DNA from: an uncultured Actinomycetota bacterium
Lineage (GTDB): Bacteria > Actinomycetota > Actinomycetes > CAVWCF01
NCBI GenBank assembly: GCA_963753435.1
Contig: CAVWCF010000001.1
Coordinates: forward strand, 64,001-128,000
Reading direction: 5' to 3'
DNA: 64,000 bases
Part shown: piece by piece, positions 39,421-49,208 of the stretch
Layout of the letters: each line of letters opens with the position of its first letter
Numbering within the stretch: position 1 is the stretch's first letter
The notes under the pieces: model-generated
Seen by the model: the letters and a program-made list of their open reading frames with translations, nothing else
The model's database searches: none
Told to the model about the DNA's origin: nothing
Position numbers and translations under genes: made by a program

Positions 39421-40151
39421 CGGACTCCGACCGGGAGGGGCGGGCTCGCCGTGACTTCGGCCGCGCCGAAATGGTCGCGGCAAACCTGGAGACGGTGCGG
39501 CAGCGGATCAGGGCAGCGGCCACCGACTGCGGGCGGTCCCCGGACGACATCACGCTGGTGGTGGTCACCAAGACCTATCCGGGCGACGACGTGAAGTTGT
39601 TGGCGGATCTCGGCGTGACCGACGTGGGGGAGAACCGCCTCAGTGAGCTACTGGACAAGGGCCCGATCGCACACGACCTCGGCCTTCGGGTTCACGCGGT
39701 CGGCCGGATCCAGTCGAACAAGGCCGCTCGATTCGCGCGAGCAGCCGACGTAATCCACTCCTTAGACCGCATCGAGTTGGCTGCTCGGCTGGATCAAGGC
39801 CGGCGGCAGGCCGGACTCGAACCGGTGCCAGTGCTGTTGCAGGTGAGCCTGGACGGGGACCCGGATCGGGGCGGTGCGTTGCCGGACTCAATCGTCCCGC
39901 TGGCGCAAGCGGTCGCGGTTGCGCCAGGGCTGGTGCTGTCCGGCGTGATGGCGGTGGCACCGCTCGGGGCTGATCCCGATGCTGCCTTCGCCCAGTTGGC
40001 CGCGGCTGCGGCGACGGTCCGGGAGGTTCGGCCGGCGGCGACCTGGATCTCCGCGGGCATGTCCGGTGACCTAGAGGCGGCCATCCGCCACGGCGCGACA
40101 CACGTGCGCATCGGTGCGGCGGTGCTCGGGAGTCGGTCCCCGGTGCGTTAG
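39417..40151 (+). CDS. yggS: PLP homeostasis protein YggS
   Basis: [33 protein letters not shown]. Confidence 0.95.
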   Translation: MTDSDREGRARRDFGRAEMVAANLETVRQRIRAAATDCGRSPDDITLVVVTKTYPGDDVKLLADLGVTDVGENRLSELLDKGPIAHDLGLRVHAVGRIQSNKAARFARAADVIHSLDRIELAARLDQGRRQAGLEPVPVLLQVSLDGDPDRGGALPDSIVPLAQAVAVAPGLVLSGVMAVAPLGADPDAAFAQLAAAAATVREVRPAATWISAGMSGDLEAAIRHGATHVRIGAAVLGSRSPVR

Positions 40152-40204
40152 GTTTCGCTCGTCCGTGCACCGTGCGGGTCCCAGGCCCGGAACCGGAGGT
40201 CACC

Positions 40205-40726
40205 ATGGCCGGTGGAATGCGCAAGATGGCCGTCATGCTCGGCCTGGTCGAGGATGACCAGGACCGATACGCCGACGGCTACGCCGAGTACGACGACGAG
40301 CCCTACCAGGCACCCAGGTCTCGGCCGGCGTCGGCAACGCCCGCGCCGTCGGCTCCGGTCGCCGCTGCCACTACTGGCGCCGCCGCCCGGCAGTTGCACT
40401 CGATTGCGGTTGAGCACGACGACCCGACTCCCGGGTCCATCGGTGATCTCAACCGGATCACCACCCTGCACCCGCGCACTTACAACGATGCCCGGGCCGT
40501 CGGCGAGGCGTTCCGTGAAGGTTCGCCGGTCATCATGAACCTGACCGACATGGAGGACTCCGACGCCAAGCGGCTAGTGGATTTCTCCGCCGGCCTGGTG
40601 TTCGGGCTGCGTGGCACCATCGAGCGGGTCACCAACAAGGTCTTCCTGCTCTCACCGGCCGACGTGACCGTCACTGCAGAGGATCGAGCCCGGATCGTTG
40701 AGGGTGGCTTCTTCAATCAGAGTTGA
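40205..40726 (+). CDS. sepF: Cell division protein SepF
   Basis: [36 protein letters not shown]. Confidence 0.95.
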   Translation: MAGGMRKMAVMLGLVEDDQDRYADGYAEYDDEPYQAPRSRPASATPAPSAPVAAATTGAAARQLHSIAVEHDDPTPGSIGDLNRITTLHPRTYNDARAVGEAFREGSPVIMNLTDMEDSDAKRLVDFSAGLVFGLRGTIERVTNKVFLLSPADVTVTAEDRARIVEGGFFNQS

Positions 40727-40830
40727 GCCCGGCCGGTTGACCTCCACACAGCCCCGACGCTCAACAGCCGCAATGGCACCGTGCCCCGTAGACGCAATGC
40801 ATCGTGAACCCAAGTGCGTAGTTGGTTGCC

Positions 40831-41118
40831 ATGACGATCGCTGGTGACATTCTCGCCACCGTTGGGTGGATCTACCTGCTGATCCTGCTGTTTCGGCTGG
40901 TCATGGAGTACGTCTTCGTCTTCGCCCGATCGTTCCAGCCGAAGGGCTTGCTGCTGATCGCGACCGAGCTCGCCTACACCGTCACCGACCCGCCACTGAA
41001 GGCGCTGCGGCGGATCATCCCGCCGCTGCGAATCGGTGGGGTTTCCCTCGACCTTGCCTTCCTCGTGCTGTTCATCCTGGTTCAGATCGTCATCAGCGTC
41101 ATCGCGCCGCGAATCTGA
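40831..41118 (+). CDS. yggT: YggT-family membrane protein
   Basis: Y.VTDPPLK.LRR.IPPLR.G..LDL. Confidence 0.92.
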   Translation: MTIAGDILATVGWIYLLILLFRLVMEYVFVFARSFQPKGLLLIATELAYTVTDPPLKALRRIIPPLRIGGVSLDLAFLVLFILVQIVISVIAPRI

Positions 41119-41231
41119 TTCAGCGCCGCCAGCCGCAACAGGGTGCCAGCCCTCGCCCCATCCAAGTCGCTGCGGCGGTACTGTCTGCGCGACCGACACC
41201 AGCCAGGGGCTTCAGCAAGGGGATCTGTCGC

Positions 41232-42056
41232 ATGCCGCTCACACCGGACGACGTTCGCAATAAGCAGTTCACGGTAGCCGGCTTCCGCAAGGGCGGATAT
41301 GCCGAGGAGGAGGTCGACGCCTTCCTCGACGAGGTAGAGGCCGAACTTTCGCGACTGCTTGGGGAGAACGAGGAACTTCGCACGCGCATGGCCGCGCTGC
41401 AGCAGCAGGCAGCCGCCGGTGCGGCCGCAGCCGGCGCCGTAGCCGCCCAGCCGCCGCAGCCGCTGCCCGTCGCCCAGCCCCAGGCTCCGGCCGTACCGGG
41501 TGCGGACGTGGTTGGCATCCTCGAGATGGCCCAGCGAACTGCGAACGAGACCGTGATGCAGGCGCGCAGCGAGGCGCAGCGGATCATGGCCAGCGCCCAG
41601 GAGTCACACCGCGCGGCAATGGGGAACCTCGAGGGCGAGCGCATGGCGCTGCAAACCCGGGTTGACGACCTGCGCAACTTCGAGCGCGAGTACCGGGCTC
41701 GCCTCAAGGCCTACTTCGAGGCGCAACTTCGTGAACTGGGCAGCCGCGGCGACGCACCCCCGGCCGTGATGGCAGCCGAATCCCCGGCTCTGGCGCCGGG
41801 CAGCCCCGCGGCCCCGATGCCACCCACACCGGCGCCCCCGGCCCCGCAGCCTCCGCAGCAGCAGCCCCAGCAGCAGCCACAGCAACCTCCGCAGCAGCAG
41901 GCCCCGCAGCAGCCGACGCCACAGCCACAGCCGCCGCAGGCGCCGCCGAACCCGCAGCCGCGTCCGTCAGGGCCGTTCTCGGCAGCGCCGCCGCCGATGC
42001 CGCCGGCCAGTACGCCCACGGTCCCTGGCTTCGCCAACGACCCGGACCGCTCCTGA
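41232..42056 (+). CDS. divIVA: DivIVA/Wag31 polar growth protein
   Basis: MPLTPDDVRNKQF..GY.EEEVDAFLD, coiled coil, LRNFEREYR.RLK.Y; Pro/Gln-rich tail. Confidence 0.93.
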   Translation: MPLTPDDVRNKQFTVAGFRKGGYAEEEVDAFLDEVEAELSRLLGENEELRTRMAALQQQAAAGAAAAGAVAAQPPQPLPVAQPQAPAVPGADVVGILEMAQRTANETVMQARSEAQRIMASAQESHRAAMGNLEGERMALQTRVDDLRNFEREYRARLKAYFEAQLRELGSRGDAPPAVMAAESPALAPGSPAAPMPPTPAPPAPQPPQQQPQQQPQQPPQQQAPQQPTPQPQPPQAPPNPQPRPSGPFSAAPPPMPPASTPTVPGFANDPDRS

Positions 42057-42101
42057 GGTTGGCCTGGGCGGCTGCCCCGAGAGCCGCCACACCAGTTCGC
42101 T

Positions 42102-42149
42102 AGAGACAGCAGACGGCGGGCCCGCGATTGCGGGCCCGCCGTTGTCTCT
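42102..42149. terminator. Intrinsic terminator hairpin after divIVA
   Basis: acggcgggcccgc-gatt-gcgggcccgccgt with outer agagaca/tgtctct, between convergent genes. Confidence 0.75.
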
Positions 42150-42173
42150 TCGGAGGAGAGGGTTGCTGGTGTT

Positions 42174-42644
42174 TCAGACCGGCCGTCGGAAGGGGTCTCG
42201 GGCCGGGGGCGCGGGCATCGTGACTCGGGCGCCATCCAGCGGGATGCCGGTGAGGCCGAGCACGGCTTGTAGTACGTCCAGGGTTGATTGACCGGCGGCG
42301 ACGCCGGCGTCGGTGACCATTGCGCGGTAGATGGTCACGTAGTGCTTAACGGGGGTGTCGTAGGACCAGTCGACGCTGCCCAGGTGTTGGGCGCTGCCAT
42401 GACTGCCGTTTGGGCCGTCGAAGGGCTTGTCCCAGACCTGGATACCGGCCGGACCGGCTGCGAAGCGTCCGCCACGGCCGACGTCGTGCAGTGCGGCGGC
42501 CTCCAGCAGCGCCCGACTCTCACGCTCGGCGAGAACCAGGGCCGGGCGTACGTGGCTGGAGAGGGCGGGCACGGCCACGGCGTAGGGCTTCAGCCGCAGC
42601 CCGGCCGTGCTGGCACCGCCCAAGGGGACCGTGCTGAGCGACAT
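42174..42644 (-). CDS. Hypothetical protein
   Basis: 156-aa ORF with a GGAGG RBS and globular-looking composition; no family recognised. Confidence 0.7.
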   Translation of the reverse strand: MSLSTVPLGGASTAGLRLKPYAVAVPALSSHVRPALVLAERESRALLEAAALHDVGRGGRFAAGPAGIQVWDKPFDGPNGSHGSAQHLGSVDWSYDTPVKHYVTIYRAMVTDAGVAAGQSTLDVLQAVLGLTGIPLDGARVTMPAPPARDPFRRPV

Positions 42645-42706
42645 GAGCACCTCCGGGCGTCCATTCAGTCCGACGGATGCCTTATCGGCCTGCCTCAGCC
42701 CGGTCT

Positions 42707-45700
42707 TTACCCTTCCGTGATTATTAGTTGAACTCGCAGCTCGTCCGCCTCGTGCCGGGTGACGTCATCGGGACCGTCGCCTTCGACGAAGCGCACCGCC
42801 AACGTCTCCGCGGCGACGGTGCCGGCATGCTCGCGCAGCGCCTCGGCCATTTCGCCTTCGGCGGCCCACCAGAGGTTGATCCGATCGGTGATCTCTAGGC
42901 CGCTGGCCTTGCGCGCCTCCTGGATCACGCGAACCGCGTCGCGGGCCAGGCCCAGTCGGCGCAACGGCGCATCGATCGCCAGGTCAAGGGCAACCGATAC
43001 CCCGGCCTCCGAAGCCACTGTCCAGCCGGATCTGGGGGTCTCGGTGACGAGCACCTCATCGGGCGTGATTGCGACTGCTTCCCCGTCGACGAGGACTTCG
43101 GCGGTTCCGGCCGCCAGTTGGGCCACCAGTTGCGTCGGATCGGCGGCGGCCACGGCGGCGGCCACCGTCGGGGTCCGCGGCCCGAACCGCTTGCCCAGCG
43201 CCCGGAAGTTCGCCTTCACCGCGTGGTCGACCAGTTCGTCGGCGCCCGCCAGCGATTCGACGGCGATGACGTTCAGTTCGTCAGCGACTTCGGTGCGTAA
43301 TTCGTCCGGCAGGTCGGTCCAACCGGTGGCGGCGACCAGAGCACGGGGCAAGGGTTGGCGGGTCTTGACTCCGGACTCCGCTCGTGCGGCCCGGCCCAGT
43401 TCCACCACGCGGCGGACCAGTGCCATCTGCCGGCGCAACTGCTCGTCGTCGGCCCCGGCCTGCCCCTGCGGCCACGCGGCCAGATGAACCGAATCAGGCG
43501 CGCTCGGATGCGTTGGGCGCACCAGGTCCTGCCACAGGCGCTCGGCCAGGAACGGCGTGATCGGCGCCATGATCGCCGCCACATCAGCCAGGCACTCGTG
43601 CAGCGTGGCCAACGCCGCGCTGTCGCCATCCCAGAACCGTCGGCGGCTTCGGCGTACGTACCAGTTGGACAGGTCATCCACGAATGCGGCGATCGTGCGG
43701 CCCGCGCGCTGGGTGTCGAAGTCGGCCAGCGCGGCATCCACCTCGCGGACCACGCGCGCCCGCTCGGCCAAGGCCCAGCGGTCCAGCAACGGGCGATCGG
43801 CCGGTGCCGGGATCTGGGCAGTGTCGGGGGACCAACCAGCCGCGCGGGCGTAAAGAGACTGGAACGAGGCGGTGTTCCAGACTGTCAGCAGCGTCTTTCG
43901 CACGACGTCGGCGATCGCCGCATGTCCGACGCGCCGGGACTGCCAGGGCGAGCCGCTGCAGGCCATGAACCACCGGACGGCGTCGGCACCGTGCTCATCC
44001 ATCAGCGAGATCGGTTCCAGGACGTTGCCCAGGTGCTTGCTCATCTTGCGACCGGTCTCGTCCAGGATGTGCCCCAGGCAGAGCACGTTGCGGTACGACG
44101 ACTGTCCGAAGACCAACGTCCCCACCGCCATCAGCGTGTAGAACCAGCCGCGGGTCTGGTCGATCGCCTCGCAGATGAAGTCAGCCGGGTACTGGTCGTT
44201 GAACTCGGCGTCCCCGGTGTGCGGGTAGCCCCACTGGGCGAAAGGCATCGCGCCGGAGTCGTACCAGCAGTCCAGCACCTGCGGCACACGACGCGCTTGC
44301 GCGTCGCAGCGGTCGCAGTCGATCAGCACGTCGTCGACGAACGGCCGGTGCGGGTCCAGGTCGGTCACGTCGCGGCCGGCGCGTTCGGACAACTCCGCGA
44401 GCGAGCCGATGCACTGCAGGTGCTCCGGGTCCTCCTCGCAGCGCCAGATCGGCAGCGGCGTTCCCCAGTAGCGGTCCCGCGACAGGGCCCAGTCGACGTT
44501 GTTGTTCAGCCAGTCGCCGAAGCGGCCGTTCTTGATGGTCTCCGGGTACCAGTTCGTGGACTGGTTCTCGGCCAGCAGCGCTTCCTTGATGGCCGTCGTC
44601 CGGATGTACCAGGCCGGCTGCGCGTAGTTGATCAGGGGAGTGTGGCAGCGCCAGCAGTGCGGGTACGAGTGCTCGTAGGGCAAGTGCCGCTGCAACAGCC
44701 CGCGCGCCTGCAGATCGGCCACCAGCGCCTCGTCCGCCTTGCGGAAGAACTCCCCGCCAACCAGGGGAACGTCCGACGCGAAGCGGCCCTCGGCGGTCAC
44801 CGGGTTGACGACGGGCAGGTCGTACTGGCGGCCGACGGCCATGTCCTCGGCACCGAAGGCCGGCGCCAAGTGAACGAGACCAGAACCGTCCTCGGTCGTC
44901 ACGTAGTCGGCCATGACGACGGTGTGCACGTGCGCACCCTCGGGGATTTCGATCAACTCGAAGGGACGGGTGTAGCCGGTGCCGGCCAAGTCCTGCCCGC
45001 TCAGCCGCTGCAGGATCTCGGCATCCTCACCCAGCGTGGCCGTCAGTAGCGGTTCGGCCACGACGAGTACCTCGCCCTCGCTCCGCGCAACCACGTACGA
45101 CACATCAGGGTGTGCGGCCACCGCCGTGTTGGAGACCAGGGTCCACGGAGTGGTGGTCCACACGAGCAACTGCGCGTCCGGGTATTGCTCGACCAGCGGT
45201 CCGCTGCTGATGGGGAACCGGACGTAAACCGACGGGTCGGTGACGGTCTCGTAGCCCTGGGCAATTTCGTGATCGCTGAGGCCAGTTCCGCAGCGCGGGC
45301 AATAGGGCGTTACCCGGTAGTCGATTACCAGCAGGCCACGGTCGAAGATCTGCTTGAGCGACCACCAAACCGCCTGCACGTAGTCGGAGTCCATCGTCCA
45401 GTACGCCGTGGACATGTCGACCCAGTAGCCCATGCGGCGGGTCATCGCCTCGAACTCGCCGACATGCCGCAACACGGACTCGCGGCAGCGGTCGTTGAAC
45501 TCGGCGACGCCGTAGGCCTCGATGTCCTGTTTGCCGGAGAACCCCAGCTCGTTCTCCACTGCCAATTCGACCGGCAGCCCGTGGCAGTCCCAGCCCGCTT
45601 TGCGCGGTACGTGGTAGCCCTTCATCGTCCGATACCGGGGGAAGACGTCCTTGAAGACCCTGGCTTCGACGTGATGGGTTCCCGGCAGCCCGTTCGCTGT

Positions 45701-45844
45701 GGGCGGCCCCTCGTAGAAGACCCAAAGTGGGCGGCCGTCGGACTCCTGCAGCGATGACTCAAAGGTCCGGTGCGACTCCCAGAAGGAGAGGATCTCCCGC
45801 TCCATGGCGGGCAGATCGATCTGGGCGGGGATCGAGCGGTACAT
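42707..45844 (-). CDS. ileS: Isoleucine--tRNA ligase, type 2
   Basis: YEGPPTANG.PGTHH, GWDCHGLPVE, WTTTPWT, DQTRGWF, KMSKH, SNWYVRRSR.RFW. Confidence 0.97.
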   Translation of the reverse strand: MYRSIPAQIDLPAMEREILSFWESHRTFESSLQESDGRPLWVFYEGPPTANGLPGTHHVEARVFKDVFPRYRTMKGYHVPRKAGWDCHGLPVELAVENELGFSGKQDIEAYGVAEFNDRCRESVLRHVGEFEAMTRRMGYWVDMSTAYWTMDSDYVQAVWWSLKQIFDRGLLVIDYRVTPYCPRCGTGLSDHEIAQGYETVTDPSVYVRFPISSGPLVEQYPDAQLLVWTTTPWTLVSNTAVAAHPDVSYVVARSEGEVLVVAEPLLTATLGEDAEILQRLSGQDLAGTGYTRPFELIEIPEGAHVHTVVMADYVTTEDGSGLVHLAPAFGAEDMAVGRQYDLPVVNPVTAEGRFASDVPLVGGEFFRKADEALVADLQARGLLQRHLPYEHSYPHCWRCHTPLINYAQPAWYIRTTAIKEALLAENQSTNWYPETIKNGRFGDWLNNNVDWALSRDRYWGTPLPIWRCEEDPEHLQCIGSLAELSERAGRDVTDLDPHRPFVDDVLIDCDRCDAQARRVPQVLDCWYDSGAMPFAQWGYPHTGDAEFNDQYPADFICEAIDQTRGWFYTLMAVGTLVFGQSSYRNVLCLGHILDETGRKMSKHLGNVLEPISLMDEHGADAVRWFMACSGSPWQSRRVGHAAIADVVRKTLLTVWNTASFQSLYARAAGWSPDTAQIPAPADRPLLDRWALAERARVVREVDAALADFDTQRAGRTIAAFVDDLSNWYVRRSRRRFWDGDSAALATLHECLADVAAIMAPITPFLAERLWQDLVRPTHPSAPDSVHLAAWPQGQAGADDEQLRRQMALVRRVVELGRAARAESGVKTRQPLPRALVAATGWTDLPDELRTEVADELNVIAVESLAGADELVDHAVKANFRALGKRFGPRTPTVAAAVAAADPTQLVAQLAAGTAEVLVDGEAVAITPDEVLVTETPRSGWTVASEAGVSVALDLAIDAPLRRLGLARDAVRVIQEARKASGLEITDRINLWWAAEGEMAEALREHAGTVAAETLAVRFVEGDGPDDVTRHEADELRVQLIITEG

Positions 45845-45854
45845 CGACACTCCG

Positions 45855-46100
45855 GGAGCCGTCGCTACTGGAGGGACGAAACCGCCCGGTGGGTCGGCCC
45901 CGCGGTACCACCCTCCTTGGCGCGACAAGGCGCCCGCTCGAGGTGCCTGCTGCCGGCTCTACTTGGCCGCCGGCGGCAGGCCGGTGGGCCGTTCTTCCGG
46001 CGACTCGGGGGTGATTTTCGCGGCAGCCATTGCCCCGGACTCACACCGTCTCCGGGTCGCTGATGCCTGGGTCTGCCGCTACTGGCCCCGTCCACGCCTT
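45855..46100 (-). ncRNA. T-box riboswitch (Ile) upstream of ileS
   Basis: Minus strand: Stem I with AGCGA and GGUGnGA, specifier GAAA-AUC (46013-46015), T-box AAGGAGGGUGGUACCGCG, and the pairing UUCGUCCCUCC. Confidence 0.9.
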
Positions 46101-46136
46101 GCAGGACGCGCACAGTCTAAGCGGCACAATCGCTGC

Positions 46137-46418
46137 GTGACCGATTGGCGGGGCAGGATCCGGGCCCGACCGGGCGCCTCCCGCACATTTGTCGGAGGTT
46201 CCTATGGGCCAGAGGAGCGTCTCGTCGTAGCCGTGCACGCTCCGGCGGTGGATGGCCGGGCAAACAGCGCGGTCTTGGCGGCGTTGGCGGAGGCGCTTGG
46301 GGTCCGCGGGCGGCAGTTGAGCGTGGTCTCGGGTGCGACTGGCCGGAACAAGACGATTCAGGTCCAGGCGCCACCGCCGGACATAGACGCCCGTTGGCAG
46401 GCCCTCCTGAGCAGGTGA
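46137..46418 (+). CDS. DUF167 (YggU-like) protein
   Basis: RARPGASR..VGG, V.APAVDGRAN..LA.ALGV..V.GATGRNK; CACAAT 6 nt before GTG. Confidence 0.88.
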   Translation: MTDWRGRIRARPGASRTFVGGSYGPEERLVVAVHAPAVDGRANSAVLAALAEALGVRGRQLSVVSGATGRNKTIQVQAPPPDIDARWQALLSR

Positions 46419-46501
46419 ACAACCGGTGCGCCTCGTTGCCGTGCCCAGGGCGCGGGCCTATTGTCGCGTGACCGCGCTGGATGATCATGTGAGGAAGGTC
46501 C

Positions 46502-47192
46502 ATGGCAGCCACGAAGAAGCGCCCCGCCGCCGGCGGCGCCAAGAAGGCTGCCAAGAAGGCCCCGGCGAAGAAGGCTCCGGCGAAGAAGACCGCCGCGAAG
46601 AAGGCGGTCGCAAGAAGGCCCCGCGAAGAAGGCCCCCGCGAAGAAGGCGGTCGCGAAGAAGGCCCCCGCGAAGAAGGCCCCCGCGAAGAAGGCCCCCGCC
46701 AAGAAGGCCCCGGCGAAGAAGGCCCCCGCGAAGAAGGCGGTCGCGAAGAAGGCCCCCGCTAAGAAGGCGGTCGCGAAGAAGGCCCCCGCGAAGAAGGCCC
46801 CCGCGAAGGCTTCGCAGCCGAAGGCACGGCCGTGGAGCAAGAAGGACCTCGCCGACGCGCGCGCCGCCTTGCTGGCCGATGTCGCCGAGTTGCGTGAGCA
46901 GATGACCGCCAGCCAGGAAGACCTCGCCGACCTCATCGCCGATTCCGTTGATGCCGCAGGTGATGACCAGGCCGATGCGGGGACCAAGACGTTGGAGCGG
47001 GAGCAGGAGATGGCGCTGGGCGCCAATGTCCGATTGCTCCTGGAGCAGTCGTACCGCGCGCTGCGCCGCATCGACGACGGCACCTACGGAACCTGCACGT
47101 CGTGCGGTCGGGCGATCCCCAAGGGCCGCTTGAAGGCGTTGCCGCACGCAACCTTGTGCCTTGAGTGCAAGCAGCGCGAGGAGCGGTACTGA
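46502..47192 (+). CDS. TraR/DksA C4 zinc-finger protein with a histone-like N-terminal repeat (frameshifted at ~46610-46622)
   Basis: KKAPA repeats, then GDDQADAG, AL.RIDDGTYG.CTSC..I..RL.ALP.A.LCLEC; two single-base deletions in the repeat break the frame. Confidence 0.85.
46553..46805 (+). repeat. Tandem 15-bp repeat (AAGAAGGCCCCCGCG) x17 encoding KKAPA/KKAVA
   Basis: Units counted directly in the sequence. Confidence 0.95.
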
Positions 47193-47704
47193 CCACTGCT
47201 AGTGAGCGCAGGCGGTTGCAGGTAATCCTTGGTGTCACCGCGGCCTTGGTCATCGTCCTGGATCAGATCTCAAAGGCCGTGGTGGTCGCGGTCATGCCCG
47301 AACGTGCACCGATTGAGATCCTGGGTGGCCTGATCACCATCACCTACGTGCGCAACCCAGGTGCCTCGTTCTCGATAGGCAGCGGTTTGACGGTCCTGTT
47401 TACCGTGATTGCCGTCGCGGTCGCGGTCGTGATCGTGCGGTCCTCCCGGCGGCTGGGTTCGCTGGGCTGGGCGCTGGCTCTCGGTGGGCTGTTGGGCGGC
47501 GCGGTGGGCAACCTGCTGGACCGCCTCACCCGATCCCCGGGTGTGGCCCGCGGCGAGGTGATCGACTGGATCGACTTGATCTACTTCCCACCGGTGTTCA
47601 ATCTTGCCGATGTGGCAATCACTTTCAGCGCGGCCGGCTTGGTCGTGTTGTCTCTACGCGGGATAGGCATCGACGGCACCCGCGTCGCGGCCAAACCGTC
47701 ATGA
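47165..47704 (+). CDS. lspA: Signal peptidase II
   Basis: [31 protein letters not shown]. Confidence 0.96.
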   Translation: MQAARGAVLTTASERRRLQVILGVTAALVIVLDQISKAVVVAVMPERAPIEILGGLITITYVRNPGASFSIGSGLTVLFTVIAVAVAVVIVRSSRRLGSLGWALALGGLLGGAVGNLLDRLTRSPGVARGEVIDWIDLIYFPPVFNLADVAITFSAAGLVVLSLRGIGIDGTRVAAKPS

Positions 47705-48627
47705 GCGTGCGTCGCCTGCCGGTCCCGGATGGGCTAAATGGCGAACGGGTAGATGCGGGCCTGGCCAGGCTGCTGGGCTTGTCGCGGACCAAGGCGGCCG
47801 AACTCGCCGCCAACGGCCTCGTGGCAGTTGACGGCCAGCCTGTTGGCAAGTCCGACCCGCTGCCTGCCGGGGCATGGCTGGAAGTGGAGTTGCCGGAACC
47901 GGCAGTTGCTGCCGCCCCGCGGCCGGAACCGGTTGAGGGCCTGCGTGTTGTCTATGACGACGACGATCTGGTCGTGGTGGACAAGCCGATCGGCGTAGCT
48001 GCGCATCCGAGCCCGGGCTGGACCGGTCCGACGGTGGTTCAGGGCCTGGCCGCAGCCGGCTACCGCATCGCCACAGCCGGTGCGGCCGAACGACAGGGGA
48101 TCGTGCACCGACTTGATGTCGGAACCTCCGGCCTGATGGTCGTAGCGAAAACTGACCGGGCCTACTCGGCCTTGAAGCGCGCCTTCAAGGACCGGCGCGT
48201 GGACAAGACCTACCACGCACTCGTACAGGGGCATCCGGATCCGACGTCCGGAACGATCGACGCCCCGATCGGGCGGCACCCGCGATACGACTACCGCTTC
48301 GCCATCGTCGCGGGCGGCAAGCCGAGCATCACCCACTACGAGACTCTTGAGGCGTTTTGGGCCTGCACCCTGCTGGAGATCCACCTGGAGACTGGTCGCA
48401 CGCACCAAATCCGCGTGCACATGGCCGGGGTGCGGCATCCGTGCGTGGGAGATCAGACCTATGGTGCCGACCCGGTGCTGGCCGGCCGGTTGAGCCTGAC
48501 CAGGCAGTGGCTGCATGCGGTGGGCCTGGCTTTCGAGCACCCAGGGACCGGCGAGTTGCTGCAGGTTCGCAGCGACTACCCCGACGATCTGCAGCGCGCC
48601 CTCGACCTGGTTCGAGCCGAGTCGTGA
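47701..48627 (+). CDS. RluA/RluD-family pseudouridine synthase
   Basis: S4-like N-terminus, [30 protein letters not shown]. Confidence 0.95.
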   Translation: MSVRRLPVPDGLNGERVDAGLARLLGLSRTKAAELAANGLVAVDGQPVGKSDPLPAGAWLEVELPEPAVAAAPRPEPVEGLRVVYDDDDLVVVDKPIGVAAHPSPGWTGPTVVQGLAAAGYRIATAGAAERQGIVHRLDVGTSGLMVVAKTDRAYSALKRAFKDRRVDKTYHALVQGHPDPTSGTIDAPIGRHPRYDYRFAIVAGGKPSITHYETLEAFWACTLLEIHLETGRTHQIRVHMAGVRHPCVGDQTYGADPVLAGRLSLTRQWLHAVGLAFEHPGTGELLQVRSDYPDDLQRALDLVRAES

Positions 48628-49127
48628 GCCTGCGTCTGCGGGTCGTGGAGGCGCCGGCCGATCTCGCTGCGGCGCTGGCGATCCGGCATGAGGTCTTCGT
48701 CCGGGAGCAGTTGGTGCCCGTCGAGGAGGAACGGGATGCCGCTGATGACACCGCCATCCACGTTTTGGCCGTTCTTGGCGGCGTGCCGGTGGGTACCGGT
48801 CGGCTGGTGGTGGAGCCGCCCGACTACCTGAGCGCGTGGGGAGTGCCCGAGAGCGGTCCGCTTGGGCATCTGGGCCGGATCGCCGTCCTGCCGGCCCAGC
48901 GGGGGACCGGCGTGGGGGCGGCATTGGTCGTGGCTTTGGAGGGGCTGGCCCGCGGCGAGGGCTTGACGACCACCGTCCTGTCGGCCCAGGTGTCGGCTTT
49001 GGCCTTCTACGAGCGCCTCGGCTACACGGTGGTGTCCGGCGTCTTCGACGACGCGGGGATCCCACATAGGTGGATGCTGCGGGCCGTTTCGGCGTGGCCG
49101 GAGGAGGCACCCGGCGCGGGGACCTAG
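48624..49127 (+). CDS. GNAT N-acetyltransferase (ElaA/YjcF-like)
   Basis: [43 protein letters not shown]. Confidence 0.9.
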   Translation: MSLRLRVVEAPADLAAALAIRHEVFVREQLVPVEEERDAADDTAIHVLAVLGGVPVGTGRLVVEPPDYLSAWGVPESGPLGHLGRIAVLPAQRGTGVGAALVVALEGLARGEGLTTTVLSAQVSALAFYERLGYTVVSGVFDDAGIPHRWMLRAVSAWPEEAPGAGT

Positions 49128-49208
49128 ACTCGACCAACCGGTCGGCAGACCGGTGCGGCCGCCTTCCCCGGGCACACGTCCGGTCGCATTCATCTGGAGG
49201 TTCGCCGC

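Noticed and set aside
46553-46805. Regular short repeats resembling a CRISPR array
   Set aside because: Contiguous 15-bp coding repeats with no unique spacers and no cas genes
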